Below, one piece after another: positions 38,589 to 50,253 of a stretch of DNA of 64,000 bases. Below the pieces are notes generated by a model that saw nothing but the letters and a program-made list of their open reading frames with translations, did no database searches and was not told the DNA's origin. The number at the start of each line of letters is the position of its first letter. Position 1 is the first letter of the stretch. The stretch is from Nitrospirota bacterium (GTDB lineage: Bacteria; Nitrospirota; UBA9217), in assembly GCA_963790205.1 (NCBI GenBank), contig CAWBNQ010000005.1, positions 1 to 64,000 on the forward strand, read 5' to 3'. The translations under genes were made by a program, and so were the position numbers.

Positions 38589-40484
38589 TCATTGAAGGAA
38601 GACAATAATTCCCAGGAACACGACAGCCCCGATCGCTATTCCCATCGCGTACCAGCGAATGCTGCCTGTCTGCGTAAAGCTTAATACATGGTGAACGGCC
38701 CGGTTGAATCTGGCGAGCTCCGTGTATCCTGAATCAATAAAGTCGTCCTTGTTCGCGCGGGCCGCCCGGATGTACGGTCTGACAAAAAGCGTATCATACA
38801 GCCGGTCAAAGCCCCAGCCCGATAACCAGAAGCGCCGCAAAGACGCGACCGCGGGAGTTTGGGCAAGCTTCTCCGCATCTTGAGGCCGCCGAAGGAAGAA
38901 CAGCCAGGCCATGAAAATTCCGGCAAGCGATATGATCGAGGCTATAATTTGCAGGGTCAATTCATCGCCTCCAGTGCTCGTTACCGGTGCTGTCCCCGGG
39001 AAAACAGGCCGCATGAAATCAGTGAACAGGGGGAGATTGCCGAGCGTTTTCGGCAGCTCAACGAAGCCCCCGATGATCGACAAAAACGCAAGGACGAGCA
39101 GCGGTACGGTCGTGAGAACGCCGGGCTTCCAGCCCACCTCCATCTTTGCCGGGCCGAAGAACGTGATGAAGACCATACGGAACGTGTAGAGCGACGTGAG
39201 CAGTGCGCCTACGAGCCCCGCGGCCCAGAGGAGGCGGCCCCCCAGGGGCGATGACCATGCCTGCCAGAGGATGAGGTCCTTGCTGTAAAATCCGGCGGTC
39301 ACGAGGGGCAGCGCGGAGAGCGAAGAGGCGCCGATAAGAAAGGTCCAGAACGTGACCGGGAGCCTGTTCCTCAAACCTCCCATCTTGAACATATCGTGTT
39401 CATCATGCTGGGCCAGGATCACCACGCCCGCAGCGAGGAACAGGAGCGCCTTGAAGAAGGCATGGGTCATGAAATGAAACATGGCCGCGGACCAGGCCCC
39501 GACCCCCAGGGCGACGAACATATAGCCGATCTGGCTGATCGTGGAATAAGCAAGGACCCGCTTGATGTCCTTTTGCGCGAGCGCGCTGAATCCCGCGATC
39601 AGCAGGGTAGCGGCCCCGATCACGGCGATTGCGAACTGCACGGGCGGCGCGAGGGCGAAGAGCACGTGCGTGCGCGCGATCAAGTAAACGCCGGCGGTCA
39701 CCATGGTCGCGGCATGGATCAGGGCGCTCACCGGGGTGGGCCCGGCCATGGCGTCCGGCAGCCAGGTCTGGAGCGGGAGCTGGGCAGACTTGCCCACGGC
39801 ACCCCCGAGCAGCAGCGCTGAGGCAAAAACGGCCGTCAACGAGCCGACGGGCCATTGTTTTGAGGCGTCCTGCATCAGCTCCTGGATGTTGAGCGTGCCC
39901 AGGTTCGTGAACAGCAGGAAAAGCCCGAGCGCCATGGCCGTATCGCCGATACGCGTAACGATGAAGGCCTTGCGCGCCGCACGGCCGTTCGCCGGGTCTT
40001 TGTACCAGAAGCCGATCAGGAGATAGCTGCAGAGGCCCACGCCTTCCCATCCGAGATAGAGAAGCAGCAGGTTATCGGCAAGCACGAGGGTCAGCATGGA
40101 GCCGACGAAGAGGTTCATGTACGCGAAGAACCGGCTGTACCCCTCTTCGTCCAGCATGTGCTCGGTGGAATAGAGGTGGATCAAAAATCCCACGACCGTG
40201 ACGACGAGCGCCATGAGCAAAGACAGCGGGTCGAGGTAAAAAGATATGGCCGAAGAATAGCCGTCAAACTGCATCCAGGTCCAGAGCGTTTGGGTGAAGG
40301 CATGGTCTTGGGGAGGCGCAGTAATGAACCGGACGCCGATAAGGACCGTAAGAACGGCTGACAGCCCCACGGAGCCGGTCCCTACCGCGGCAATGGCTGT
40401 CTTCGAAAGACGCCGGCCCGCGAGCGCCAGGACAAGGAACCCGGCAAAGGGGAGAGCGGGTATGAGGAAGAGGAGATCGTTCAT
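38589..40484 (-). CDS. nuoL: NADH-quinone oxidoreductase subunit L
   Basis: GKSAQLPLQTWLPDAMAGPTPVSALIHAATM. Confidence 0.95.
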   Translation of the reverse strand: MNDLLFLIPALPFAGFLVLALAGRRLSKTAIAAVGTGSVGLSAVLTVLIGVRFITAPPQDHAFTQTLWTWMQFDGYSSAISFYLDPLSLLMALVVTVVGFLIHLYSTEHMLDEEGYSRFFAYMNLFVGSMLTLVLADNLLLLYLGWEGVGLCSYLLIGFWYKDPANGRAARKAFIVTRIGDTAMALGLFLLFTNLGTLNIQELMQDASKQWPVGSLTAVFASALLLGGAVGKSAQLPLQTWLPDAMAGPTPVSALIHAATMVTAGVYLIARTHVLFALAPPVQFAIAVIGAATLLIAGFSALAQKDIKRVLAYSTISQIGYMFVALGVGAWSAAMFHFMTHAFFKALLFLAAGVVILAQHDEHDMFKMGGLRNRLPVTFWTFLIGASSLSALPLVTAGFYSKDLILWQAWSSPLGGRLLWAAGLVGALLTSLYTFRMVFITFFGPAKMEVGWKPGVLTTVPLLVLAFLSIIGGFVELPKTLGNLPLFTDFMRPVFPGTAPVTSTGGDELTLQIIASIISLAGIFMAWLFFLRRPQDAEKLAQTPAVASLRRFWLSGWGFDRLYDTLFVRPYIRAARANKDDFIDSGYTELARFNRAVHHVLSFTQTGSIRWYAMGIAIGAVVFLGIIVFLQ

Positions 40485-40525
40485 AGTTCAGAGTCCGTAG
40501 TTCGGTGCGCTCACGATAAAGATAT

Positions 40526-40837
40526 TCACCCTTTCATCGTTGACGCCGAATCGGCATTCAGCGTTTTGAAACTGTGATGGAACTGGATCACGAGCGCCAG
40601 GCCGACCGAAACCTCGGCCGCGGCCATGGTGAGAATGAAAATGAACATGATCTGGCCGTCGACCTGTCCCCAGCGGGCGCCGGCAACCACGAAGGCCAGG
40701 CCCACGGCGTTCAGCATGACCTCGATGGACATGAGCATGAACACGATGTTACGGCGAGCCAATACACCGGCCAGGCCGAGCACGAAAAGTACGGCGGCAA
40801 GGATCAGGCCGTGTTCCATGGGGACGTTTGCGATCAT
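40526..40837 (-). CDS. nuoK: NADH-quinone oxidoreductase subunit K
   Basis: [25 protein letters not shown]. Confidence 0.95.
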   Translation of the reverse strand: MIANVPMEHGLILAAVLFVLGLAGVLARRNIVFMLMSIEVMLNAVGLAFVVAGARWGQVDGQIMFIFILTMAAAEVSVGLALVIQFHHSFKTLNADSASTMKG

Positions 40838-40873
40838 GAAAGCTCCTCAAATTTGCCACAGAGGCACAGAGAC

Positions 40874-41149
40874 TCAGAGAATAACTCGTTGGATCCCATC
40901 TTTTAAAACCGGCACGTTGAAATTGATCAGTAATCCCAACTTCTTTTCTGTTAGTCTTAACTATGACAGTACTTGTGCCTTAAATACAGGGTCCATTCTA
41001 TCAACTGCTTTAAATTCTACGATGACTTCACTTCAATGAGAAAGTCGAGTCTATGCTCTCCTAAGTTCGTACCCTTGTATGTACCCAATTGCACACTTGA
41101 TGGTTTTGTCGGTAATAATGTTTAACTTATCTGTAGTTATTTTTTCCAT
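40874..41149 (-). pseudogene. Decayed GxxExxY gene
   Basis: Pieces ITDKTIKCAI, RLDFLIE, VIVEFKAV, AQVLS*LRL, LGLLINFN; internal deletion, frameshift and stop. Confidence 0.75.
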
Positions 41150-41183
41150 TCTTAGTGTCTCCGTGTCTCGGTGGCGTATAGTA

Positions 41184-41678
41184 TTAATGTTTATGCGGCC
41201 TGCCTAAATGGTAGGCCCCGATAAGCCCTGCCAGGAGCAGCAGGGAGGCCAGCTCGACGCCGAGCACGTAAGGGCCGAAAAGCGCCATGCCGACCTGCTT
41301 GGGGCCGACGAGTTCCATTGCGGAAAGTCTCGCGCGATCGACCGTGAATAGATAGATCAGCTCCGCGGCCAGAATTACGATCAGGACCGACGGTCCGATC
41401 CAGATCCCCGGGCTCATTAATTGTGATTCCTGCTTTGACGCCTGGGCGCCGATGTTCAGCATCATGATGACGAACACAAAGAGCACCATGATGGCGCCGG
41501 CGTAGATGATCACTTCGAGCGCGGCCACGAAGGGCGCGCCCAGGGAAAAGAAAATGAGCGCCACGGCCAACAGCGACACGATCAGGTACAGGAGCGCGTG
41601 CACGGCGTTCTTCCTGGTGATGACTATGAGGGTGGACACTGCCGCAACGACGGCTGATATGTAGAAAAGAAGATTCAT
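41184..41678 (-). CDS. nuoJ: NADH-quinone oxidoreductase subunit J
   Basis: NAVHALLYL, YAGAIMVLFVFVIMML. Confidence 0.95.
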   Translation of the reverse strand: MNLLFYISAVVAAVSTLIVITRKNAVHALLYLIVSLLAVALIFFSLGAPFVAALEVIIYAGAIMVLFVFVIMMLNIGAQASKQESQLMSPGIWIGPSVLIVILAAELIYLFTVDRARLSAMELVGPKQVGMALFGPYVLGVELASLLLLAGLIGAYHLGRPHKH

Positions 41679-41775
41679 TTGAAAAACCTTTTGCCACAGA
41701 GGCTCAGAGACACAGAGGAATAAGTAAAGTAATTTTGAAGTCTGCTCTGTGCCACTGTGCCTCCGTGGCGGATGT

Positions 41776-42291
41776 TTACGGCATTAAGCTCTTCACGTCG
41801 ACCGGTTTTTCTTCGTTCTCCGCTTCGCCCTTGCCCTTTCCCTTGATCGAAAGTCCGGCGACCCGGTAAAAATCATAATCAGGGTACTTGCCCGGTCCGC
41901 TGATGAGCAGGTCTTCCTTTTCATACACGAGGTTTGTCCTCTTGTATTCGCTCATCTCGAAATCGGTCGTAAGCTGGATGGCGTAGGTCGGGCACGCCTC
42001 TTCGCAGTACCCGCAGAAGATGCAGCGCGAGAAGTTGATGCGGAAGAACTCCGGATACCGCCGACCGTGCTCATCCTCGGCCGCCTGGAGCGAGATGCAG
42101 GCAACGGGGCATGCGACGGCGCAAAGGTAACAGGCCACGCAGCGCTCTTTCCCGTCGGGATCGCGTGAGAGGATGATCCGTCCGCGCCACCGGGGAGGAA
42201 TGTAGGGCCTCTCCTCCGGGTACTGGATCGTCGCCCGTTTCCGGAACATGGTCACGAAGACCGTCCAGATTGTTTTGAGTATGCTGAACAT
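41776..42291 (-). CDS. nuoI: NADH-quinone oxidoreductase subunit I
   Basis: Two 4Fe-4S motifs: [12 protein letters not shown] and [12 protein letters not shown]. Confidence 0.95.
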   Translation of the reverse strand: MFSILKTIWTVFVTMFRKRATIQYPEERPYIPPRWRGRIILSRDPDGKERCVACYLCAVACPVACISLQAAEDEHGRRYPEFFRINFSRCIFCGYCEEACPTYAIQLTTDFEMSEYKRTNLVYEKEDLLISGPGKYPDYDFYRVAGLSIKGKGKGEAENEEKPVDVKSLMP

Positions 42292-42395
42292 ATAAACTTT
42301 TTTTGACACTAAAGAAGCGGACAAAAGCCGGGATTTTCACGGATAATAAAATCTTAATCCGCTCTTATCATGGTCTTCCCAGTGTAAATCCGTGT

Positions 42396-43352
42396 CTAAG
42401 GTTTTCTTAATAAAATAACCGCTCCTGTAACGAGCAAATTCACCAGCGACAGCGGCAAACAGATCTTCCACCCGAACGACATAAGCTGATCATACCGGGG
42501 CCGGGGAAGCGAGGCCCGGAGCAGAATGAAAAGGCTGATGAATAGAAAGGTCTTGATCAAAAACCAGACCAGCGGCGGCAGCACCGGACCCAGCCAGCCG
42601 CCGAAGAACAGAGTTGCGGTGAGCGCCGAGATGAGCGTGATGCCGAGATATTCACCCACGAAGAACATGCCGAACTTCATGCCCGAATATTCAGAATGGT
42701 ATCCCGCAACCAGTTCGCTCTCGGCTTCGGGAAGGTCAAAGGGCAGGCGGTGTGTCTCGGCGATGCCCGCGATGAAGAACACGACAAAGCCTATGAACTG
42801 CGGTACGACGAACCAGAGACCGCGCTGCGCTTCGACGATCTCGCGCAAATTGAAGGATCCGGCAAGCATCACCACCCCCATGAGAGACAGGCCCATGAAG
42901 ACCTCGTAGGAGAGCATCTGGGCCGACGCGCGCAGGCCGCCGAGGAGCGAGTACTTGCTGTCCGAGGCCCAGCCTGCCAGCGCCACGCTGTACACGCCGA
43001 GGGACGACATGGCGAGAAAGAACAAAAGACCGATGTTCAGGTCCACGACCTCAATCCCCGGCGCATAGGGGATGACGGTGAAAGACATGAGTACGACCGC
43101 GACGATCACCGCGGGCGCAATGATGAAGACGGCTTTGTCCGCAAAAGGCGGTATCCAGTCTTCCTTGGTGAAGACCTTGAGCATGTCCGCTAAGACCTGG
43201 AGGAGGCCGAAGGGGCCTACGCGGTTCGGACCGTAGCGGTCCTGCCAGAGCGCCAGGAGCCTCCGCTCGTACCAGATCAGCCCGCCTCCTATGGTCAGCA
43301 CCGCGATGAGGATGCCGAAGAGGATGAGAAGATGCCGGATGGCGTCCGTCAT
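42396..43352 (-). CDS. nuoH: NADH-quinone oxidoreductase subunit H
   Basis: [24 protein letters not shown]. Confidence 0.95.
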   Translation of the reverse strand: MTDAIRHLLILFGILIAVLTIGGGLIWYERRLLALWQDRYGPNRVGPFGLLQVLADMLKVFTKEDWIPPFADKAVFIIAPAVIVAVVLMSFTVIPYAPGIEVVDLNIGLLFFLAMSSLGVYSVALAGWASDSKYSLLGGLRASAQMLSYEVFMGLSLMGVVMLAGSFNLREIVEAQRGLWFVVPQFIGFVVFFIAGIAETHRLPFDLPEAESELVAGYHSEYSGMKFGMFFVGEYLGITLISALTATLFFGGWLGPVLPPLVWFLIKTFLFISLFILLRASLPRPRYDQLMSFGWKICLPLSLVNLLVTGAVILLRKP

Positions 43353-45955
43353 GATGAAGTGTCCTTCCGTTGTTTCAACCGGCCGGCTTCGACAACAGCC
43401 GGGGAGTATGAACTTAATTCTTCCGAGCCGAAGATGGAATATCCCGGCAACGAAGCGCCTTCAGGCTTCACGGGGCGAGGCGAGGGAATGTCTGAAAAAT
43501 ACTTCGGCCTGTCATCCCGCTTCGGCTCGATCAACCGCTTGCCCGGATCGCCGCTTTTGAGCGGGCCGCCGACCTCCTGCTGGAATTTGTTCAAGGCCTG
43601 GACGGAATTCCAGCCCGGCGACCAGTAGCGCGGGATCAACGGCGCCGGCGGCTGGCCTCCATATCCCTCCATGGAGAAAGAGAGGGGAGTGTCGGGGTCC
43701 TCCGGCGGCTTCGGCTCATGAACGGTGATGTTTGCAAGCATGGCCGTGCGTCCGCTGTAGCGATGAGGCTGGCGCGGGACTTTCTGCCCTGATATCCGGA
43801 AATCCGCGTTTGGCGCGATGTCCTGGACAGGTTTGAGTACGGGCAAAGCCGCCGCCATGGCTGCTGTGATAGTATCGAGATCTTTCCATTTAACGGCCTC
43901 GGAACGTCCTGACTGAGTAAGTATATCACGGATCCATTTCCAGCTTTCCTGGATATCGTGATCCGGCGTGAAGACCTGATAAAAGCGCTGGGCGCGGCCT
44001 TCGTTGTTCACGAGCGTACCGTTCGATTCCGCGAACGTGCCGGCAGGAAGGGTGATCTCTCCCTTTGATGAAGTGGGATTAATGAGATGGTCAAGGACAA
44101 TGACGTATTTGGTCCTGCCCAGGAATTCATTGACGGTTTGTTCGTCGGCCCTGCGATAAAGATCGTTCTCCAGGATAATGACAGTCTCGGCCCTCGTTCC
44201 CTTGGGGGCAAGAGGGGATTTAAATAATTCTTCAAGGTTCTTCCCGTTCATGAGACCCAGGCCCATCGTGTTGCACTCAGGGATTGCATAGCAGAGTTCA
44301 GCGGGCTTTCCGCTTGCGCAAAGCGCCCAGGCAATATTGGCGGCGGACTGTATGACTGCTTCACTCAGGCACCCGGCGCCGGAGACGATGAGGGGCCGTT
44401 TGGCGTTCTTGAGCGCTGCGGCGATTTCCCTGGCAAGAGCGAATGCTTTGTCCGGAATATCTGTAACTGCGGGGGCATCGGGATCGAGTTCATGCGCCAC
44501 GGCGAAACCGAGCCTTGCAATATCATCGGGCGCGGAGCAATATGTCTTTGCCGCGATGTGGTCCAGCTTTGTGCCTGCTGCCGCGGCGATATAGAGGGGG
44601 CCTTTCTCGTCCTGGACCATATGCCGGACCGCATTGTCGTCCCATGCGGGAATGCGTTTTTTTTCAACCGACTCTACGGGCTGGTTCCGCACGGAACGGC
44701 GAAGCGCCAAAGCGAGCATCGGAGCGGTATTGGTCAGGTCCTCGCCGAGCACGAGCACGGCATCCGCCATTTCAACATCGTGCAGGGACGGCGTGCGGGC
44801 CGGACCGTTCTGAAGAATGTCGATAATAAGCGAGACCAGACAACGGTCCTTTGTTGACATGCCTGAATAAAAATTGTCCGGACCAACGAGCGTGCGAAGG
44901 GCGAAATTCGATTCCAGCGATGCACGGGGCGAGCCGATGCCGATGATCTTATCAGTTTTGGAAAGAACATCGGCAATATGTTTGAGAGCGGATTCTTTTG
45001 AGACAGGTGCTAGGCCCTCTTGCCCCCCTCTCCTCATGTCCTCTCCAGCGAGGGGAGAGGATGGTGCCCCTCCCTTCAGGGGAGGGGGTGGGGAGGGTGA
45101 TTTTTCCAGCGGCTTTCTGATCCTTTTACCGCTGTTCACGAACTCATACCCGAACCGGCCGCGGTCGCAGAGGAAATAGCCGTTCACTTCGTGGTTATAG
45201 CGGTTCAGTATTCTGCGAAGCGTGCCGTACCGCTCACCGGCAATGGTGTTACAGCCGATCCCGCAGTGCACGCAGACAGACGGCGCTGTCTGGAGGTCCC
45301 ACTTGCGCGTGTAGTGCTGCTTGAACGTTTTGTCTGTGAACACACCGGTAGGACAGACCTCGACCAGGTTGCCGCTGAATTCGCTTTCAAGCACGCCTTC
45401 TTCGTGACGGCCGAAATAGACGGAGTCATGACAAGCAAAGACGTCGAAGTCCCTGCCGCCTGCGTAGTCGCGGTAAAACCTGACGCAGCGGTAGCACTGG
45501 ATGCAGCGGTTCATCTCATGGTTGATGAAGGGGCCGAGATACTGATTGCGATGCGTGCGCTTCTTAAATCTCGTCCTTCTATAATTGTGGCCGGTCATGA
45601 CGGTCATGTCCTGGAGATGGCATTCGCCGCCTTCATCACAGACCGGGCAATCGTGCGGGTGGTTCAGCATGAGCCACTCGATCACGCCCGTCCGGAAGGC
45701 CTTTGCATCGGGATCATCGATGGACAGGCGCATGCCTTCTGCCACCGGCGTCATGCAGGACATGACGATCCTGCCGCGGGTGTCTTTCTCGTCCTTGAAC
45801 AGCTTTATTGCGCATTGGCGGCATGCGCCAACGGAATGCAGGGCCGGGTGCCAGCAAAAGTAGGGCAGATCGAATCCGAGTGAAAGACAGGCCTGGAGAA
45901 GGTTCTGGCCTTCTTTTACGTGATATGGCTTATTGTCGATGAAGATCGTGATCAT
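43349..45955 (-). CDS. nuoG: NADH-quinone oxidoreductase subunit G, long form
   Basis: CWHP...[35 protein letters not shown]. Confidence 0.95.
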   Translation of the reverse strand: MITIFIDNKPYHVKEGQNLLQACLSLGFDLPYFCWHPALHSVGACRQCAIKLFKDEKDTRGRIVMSCMTPVAEGMRLSIDDPDAKAFRTGVIEWLMLNHPHDCPVCDEGGECHLQDMTVMTGHNYRRTRFKKRTHRNQYLGPFINHEMNRCIQCYRCVRFYRDYAGGRDFDVFACHDSVYFGRHEEGVLESEFSGNLVEVCPTGVFTDKTFKQHYTRKWDLQTAPSVCVHCGIGCNTIAGERYGTLRRILNRYNHEVNGYFLCDRGRFGYEFVNSGKRIRKPLEKSPSPPPPLKGGAPSSPLAGEDMRRGGQEGLAPVSKESALKHIADVLSKTDKIIGIGSPRASLESNFALRTLVGPDNFYSGMSTKDRCLVSLIIDILQNGPARTPSLHDVEMADAVLVLGEDLTNTAPMLALALRRSVRNQPVESVEKKRIPAWDDNAVRHMVQDEKGPLYIAAAAGTKLDHIAAKTYCSAPDDIARLGFAVAHELDPDAPAVTDIPDKAFALAREIAAALKNAKRPLIVSGAGCLSEAVIQSAANIAWALCASGKPAELCYAIPECNTMGLGLMNGKNLEELFKSPLAPKGTRAETVIILENDLYRRADEQTVNEFLGRTKYVIVLDHLINPTSSKGEITLPAGTFAESNGTLVNNEGRAQRFYQVFTPDHDIQESWKWIRDILTQSGRSEAVKWKDLDTITAAMAAALPVLKPVQDIAPNADFRISGQKVPRQPHRYSGRTAMLANITVHEPKPPEDPDTPLSFSMEGYGGQPPAPLIPRYWSPGWNSVQALNKFQQEVGGPLKSGDPGKRLIEPKRDDRPKYFSDIPSPRPVKPEGASLPGYSIFGSEELSSYSPAVVEAGRLKQRKDTSS

Positions 45956-46036
45956 AAAACAACCTTTGACACGGATTTGCACGGATTAAAATCCTGATAG
46001 AAGCGGATACCGATAAATTGATTATAAAAAATGAGT

Positions 46037-46417
46037 TTAAAAGACACGACGAACGATTTTCAACTTTTCTCCGAAATTGAGCAGCAGCCCGACCTTTGTG
46101 CCTGTTGCCTTGAGATAATGAACCAACTGTGCTTCGTGGGCTTTTGTAAGAGCGGAAACAGCTTTTAACTCAAGGATGATTTTATTGTCAACGAATATGT
46201 CGGCAAAGTATTCGCCGACAAGCTGGTCTTCGAATCGAACGTTAATAAGGGCCTGTTGGATTGACGGGAGCTTTCTTTGAGACAATTTAATCATCATTGC
46301 ATTTTCGTAAACTTTTTCCGAAAAGCTGAAACCCAGCTTGTTGTAGACATCATATGCACAGGCTATAATTTGGTCGGTTACTTCAGCATACAACAAATGG
46401 TTGTCCGCTTTTATCAT
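46037..46417 (-). CDS. GxxExxY family PD-(D/E)XK protein
   Basis: LGFSFSEKVY (motif Gly replaced by Ser), ADIFVDNKIILELKAV, GLLLNFG. Confidence 0.85.
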   Translation of the reverse strand: MIKADNHLLYAEVTDQIIACAYDVYNKLGFSFSEKVYENAMMIKLSQRKLPSIQQALINVRFEDQLVGEYFADIFVDNKIILELKAVSALTKAHEAQLVHYLKATGTKVGLLLNFGEKLKIVRRVF

Positions 46418-46440
46418 CGTTCAATCCGCCTTTTCCGTGT

Positions 46441-47715
46441 CTAAGGTTTTCCCCACGGGCACTTCTTCTCCCGTATGTGCCTTTCGAAATCGTCTCTGAA
46501 ATACTTTATCGCGCTCTGGAGCGGCTCGACCGCGCCGGGTGCCAGCGCGCAGTAGGTATTGCCGGGACCGAGCAGTTTACACTGCTGTGCCAGGATGTCG
46601 ATGTCCGAAAGTTCTCCCTCACCGTTCTCGATCGCATGGAGCATTTTTTCTATCCATGAGAGGCCTTCACGGCAGGGCGTGCACCACCCGCAGGATTCCC
46701 GCGCGAAGAATTTTATGAGGTTATGCACGAACCCGACCGGACAGGTCTTGTCATCGAGCACGATCATCGTGCCGGTGCCGAGACGGCTTCCCGCCTTCAT
46801 CACGGAATCGAATTCCATCTTTACGTCGAGGTGCTCCTTCACCAGAAAATCGGTCGACGCGCCGCCGGGGATCAGGCCCCGGAAGGAATAGCCGTCCTGC
46901 ATGCCGCCCGCGTGCTCCTCGAGCAGTTCACCGACTGTCACGCCCATGGGCAGTTCCCAGATGCCGGGTTTTTTGACCCTGCCGGAGACGCCGTAGAGCT
47001 TGGTGCCGGCATCCGTGCTTTTGCTCAGGCCCTTGAACCAATCGGCGCCGTTGTAAATTATAGGAGGAATGTTTGCAACAGTCTCGGCGTTGTTCACGAT
47101 GGTGGGTCTTCCGAAAAGTCCGCAGACCTGCGGAAATGGCGGTTTTGCGCGGGGCGTTGCCCGCTTCCCTTCGAGAGCGTTCAAGAGCGCCGTTTCCTCG
47201 CCGCAAATATAGCGGCCCGCGCTGCCGTGGATACGAAGTTCGAGGCTGTATCCCGACCCGAAGATGTTTTTCCCGAGATAGTTGCTCCGGTATGCCTCGT
47301 CAATCGCCTTTTGCAGCGATTTTATGGCCGGCTTGTATGCCCACCGCACAAAGATGAAGGCCTGCTCAGCCTCGATGGCGTAGGAGCAAAGAATAACGCC
47401 TTCGATGATCTGGTGAGGAGCTCCCTCCAGCAAAAGGCGGTCTTTGAACGTGCCGGGTTCCATTTCGTCCGCGTTCACGATGAAGTACTTCGGCCGGGTC
47501 TCCGGCCCCATGGGCACGAAACTCCATTTCATGCCCGTGGGAAATCCCGCGCCACCGCGGCCGCGCAGGTTCGATGCCTTGACCATGTCCTGCACCTGCT
47601 GGGGCGTCATCGCAAGCGCCTTACGCAGGGCATGATAGCCGCCTGTTCTCTCGTAATCCTTGAGAGAAAGGGGCGCCTGGCCAGGGCGAATGTTTTTTGT
47701 GAGAGGTCGTTCCAT
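46441..47715 (-). CDS. nuoF: NADH-quinone oxidoreductase subunit F
   Basis: GRGGAGFPTG, NADEMEPGT, YICGEETAL, SCGWCTPCREG. Confidence 0.95.
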   Translation of the reverse strand: MERPLTKNIRPGQAPLSLKDYERTGGYHALRKALAMTPQQVQDMVKASNLRGRGGAGFPTGMKWSFVPMGPETRPKYFIVNADEMEPGTFKDRLLLEGAPHQIIEGVILCSYAIEAEQAFIFVRWAYKPAIKSLQKAIDEAYRSNYLGKNIFGSGYSLELRIHGSAGRYICGEETALLNALEGKRATPRAKPPFPQVCGLFGRPTIVNNAETVANIPPIIYNGADWFKGLSKSTDAGTKLYGVSGRVKKPGIWELPMGVTVGELLEEHAGGMQDGYSFRGLIPGGASTDFLVKEHLDVKMEFDSVMKAGSRLGTGTMIVLDDKTCPVGFVHNLIKFFARESCGWCTPCREGLSWIEKMLHAIENGEGELSDIDILAQQCKLLGPGNTYCALAPGAVEPLQSAIKYFRDDFERHIREKKCPWGKP

Positions 47716-47811
47716 AGAAATCAGTTCAGAGTTCGGAGTTCAGAGTTCGTGGTAAAGGCGCATGGCAAAGTAAGTCACCCTGAATTTACTTGCGCCAATG
47801 CTGTCCAAACA

Positions 47812-48276
47812 TTACTTATATTTTAGAAGTATCTCTTCCATCATCTCCGGCGTCACGGGTCCGTACAGGTCCTCATCCACCATCATGGCCGGGGCCCGGT
47901 CGCAGGCGCCGAGGCAGGAGATCGGAAGCAGGGTGAACCGCTTGTCCTCCGTTGTGCCGCCGAAGGTGATGCGCAATCTTGTCTTGAGAATATCCAGCAG
48001 AGGATTGTATCCCATGACCCAGCAGCTTATGCTGTCGCAGACGAGGATCACGTGCCGCCCCACCGCCCTTCTGAATATGAAGCTGTAGAACGTTGCCACG
48101 GCATCAAGCTCATCTGTCGTCATATCGAGCATTGCCGCAACGTCCTTGACCGCTTCGTCGGACACCCAGCCTCGGTGACGCTGTACGATATTCAGCGCGT
48201 CGACGGACGCCGAGACCTTCGTCACGGAGTGAGTCAGCTCGGCGTTGATTTCCTGTATCTCTTCATTGGACAACAT
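47812..48276 (-). CDS. nuoE: NADH-quinone oxidoreductase subunit E
   Basis: VATFY, CDSISC, CLGACD. Confidence 0.95.
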   Translation of the reverse strand: MLSNEEIQEINAELTHSVTKVSASVDALNIVQRHRGWVSDEAVKDVAAMLDMTTDELDAVATFYSFIFRRAVGRHVILVCDSISCWVMGYNPLLDILKTRLRITFGGTTEDKRFTLLPISCLGACDRAPAMMVDEDLYGPVTPEMMEEILLKYK

Positions 48277-48314
48277 AAGTGCCCCTTACTCTACGCTCCG
48301 AACTCCGGACTGTT

Positions 48315-50066
48315 TTACCTGTCCAGATCAGCCAAGATAAAATCAATGCTCCCCAGGATCGCCAACAGGTCCGCGATCATCAACCCGCGGCTCAGCTTCG
48401 GCACCATCTGCAGGTGCGGGAACGAGGGAGTGCGGATGCGCGTACGGTACGATACCGTGCTGCCGTCGCTTACCAGATAATACCCGTTGTTTCCCTTGGT
48501 CGCTTCAATACCCATGAACGCCTCTCCGGCAGGGATCACCGGTCCCCAGCTTACACCCAGAAAGTGATTGATGAGCGTCTCGATGTCGTGCATGGTGCGT
48601 TCCTTGCGGGGCGGCGTCGTAAGGGGATGATCTGACTTATACGGACCGGAGGGCATGTTGTTCACGCACTGCTCGATGATGCGAAGGCTCTGGCGCATCT
48701 CTTCAACACGCACGACGCCCCGGTCGTAGCAGTCGCCGTGAACGGCAGTGGGAATATCGAAATCAAAATTCTCATAACCCGAGTAGGGGCGTTTCTTGCG
48801 AAAGTCCCATTCAAACCCGCAGGCCCTGAGGCCCGGTCCGGTCACTCCCCAGTCGATGGCCTCGTCGAGCGTATAGGCGCCGACGCCCTTGGTCCGGCCC
48901 TTGAAAATGCTGTTCCGCATCACGATCGAGTCGTATTCCTTAAGACGCGGCGGGAGATAGGTAAGAAAATTTCTTACGAGCCCGTCCCATCCCCTGGGAA
49001 GGTCCTGCGCCACGCCGCCGATCCGGAACCATTCGGGGTGCATGCGGCCGCCGCAGACCGCCTCGATGATGTCGAAGATGCGTTCGCGGTCCGTGAACAT
49101 GTAGAAAACCGGGGAGAGGGAACCGACATCCTGCGCAAAGGTCCCGTACCAGACGAGGTGGCTCGCGATGCGGAAGAGCTCGGCCAGCATGACGCGGATG
49201 GTCTTTGCGCGGTCCGGGACCTCGATGCCGGCGAGCTTCTCCACGGCGAGGCAGTAGGCCAGGTTATTCATCACGCCGCCGAGATAGTCGACGCGGTCGG
49301 TATAGGGTATGTAGGTATGCCAGGACTGGCGCTCGGCCATTTTTTCAGCGCCGCGGTGATGGTAGCCGATGTCGAGCACGGCGTCCACGATCTCCTCGCC
49401 GTCGAGCTGAAGGATGAAGCGGATGAGGCCGTGGGTGCCGGGGTGCTGCGGTCCGAGGTTCAGGAACATGAAGTCCGTGTCCCCGGAGCGGCGTTTCATG
49501 CCCCAGTCCTCGGGCCTGAACTGGAGCGCCATTTGTTCGGACAGCTCCTTTTCACCGCCCGGCAGGTGGAAGGGCCCCATCTCGGTGGCGCGCGCGGGAT
49601 GTTCCTTGCGTAAAGGATGTCCTTGCCACGTCGGGGGCATCAATATTCTCTTTAAATGGGGATGGCCGTCGAACCCGATGCCGAACATGTCCCAGACCTC
49701 GCGCTCGTACCAGTTCGCGGATTCCCAGAGGCCGGTGACGGTGGGGAGGGAGGAGGAGTCCTCCGTGAGAGGCACTTTGATCCTGACGTCGTCATTCCGG
49801 TCATAGGACAGGAGATGGTATACCACGGTGAAATCACTTTGAGGCTGGTCAATACGGTGTGACCGCGTACGCTCGTCTATGGCCGTGAGATCGTAAAGCG
49901 TGCGATACGGGCGTTCCACTCCGCTCTTGAGATGGCGGAGAACGTCGCGCGCCTTGTCCCTGCCCACCCAGAGCGTGGGAATGTCGTCGCGGGTTGGCTG
50001 CACGGCGAGTATGCTTTCGCCGAAGATGCTTTTCAGCTCATCGATGATCGAAGGGGATGGGGTCAT
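48315..50066 (-). CDS. nuoCD: Fused NADH-quinone oxidoreductase subunit C/D
   Basis: [35 protein letters not shown]. Confidence 0.95.
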   Translation of the reverse strand: MTPSPSIIDELKSIFGESILAVQPTRDDIPTLWVGRDKARDVLRHLKSGVERPYRTLYDLTAIDERTRSHRIDQPQSDFTVVYHLLSYDRNDDVRIKVPLTEDSSSLPTVTGLWESANWYEREVWDMFGIGFDGHPHLKRILMPPTWQGHPLRKEHPARATEMGPFHLPGGEKELSEQMALQFRPEDWGMKRRSGDTDFMFLNLGPQHPGTHGLIRFILQLDGEEIVDAVLDIGYHHRGAEKMAERQSWHTYIPYTDRVDYLGGVMNNLAYCLAVEKLAGIEVPDRAKTIRVMLAELFRIASHLVWYGTFAQDVGSLSPVFYMFTDRERIFDIIEAVCGGRMHPEWFRIGGVAQDLPRGWDGLVRNFLTYLPPRLKEYDSIVMRNSIFKGRTKGVGAYTLDEAIDWGVTGPGLRACGFEWDFRKKRPYSGYENFDFDIPTAVHGDCYDRGVVRVEEMRQSLRIIEQCVNNMPSGPYKSDHPLTTPPRKERTMHDIETLINHFLGVSWGPVIPAGEAFMGIEATKGNNGYYLVSDGSTVSYRTRIRTPSFPHLQMVPKLSRGLMIADLLAILGSIDFILADLDR

Positions 50067-50253
50067 AGAAACATTTGAACTTTGCCACAGAGGACACAGA
50101 GGTCACAGAGAACACTGAAACTCGAAATAGTAAACAATATCGAAGGACCAAATTACGAAATCCGAAGTATTTTTGATTTTGACATTGTTGAGAGTTTAAA
50201 AATTCGTGTTTAAGATTTCCGCAATTCTCGTTTGTCTCCGCAGACGAATTGCG

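Noticed and set aside
40855..50110. CRISPR array from the recurring repeats
   Set aside because: Repeats are degenerate, inverted and separated by whole genes; no repeat-spacer periodicity and no cas genes.
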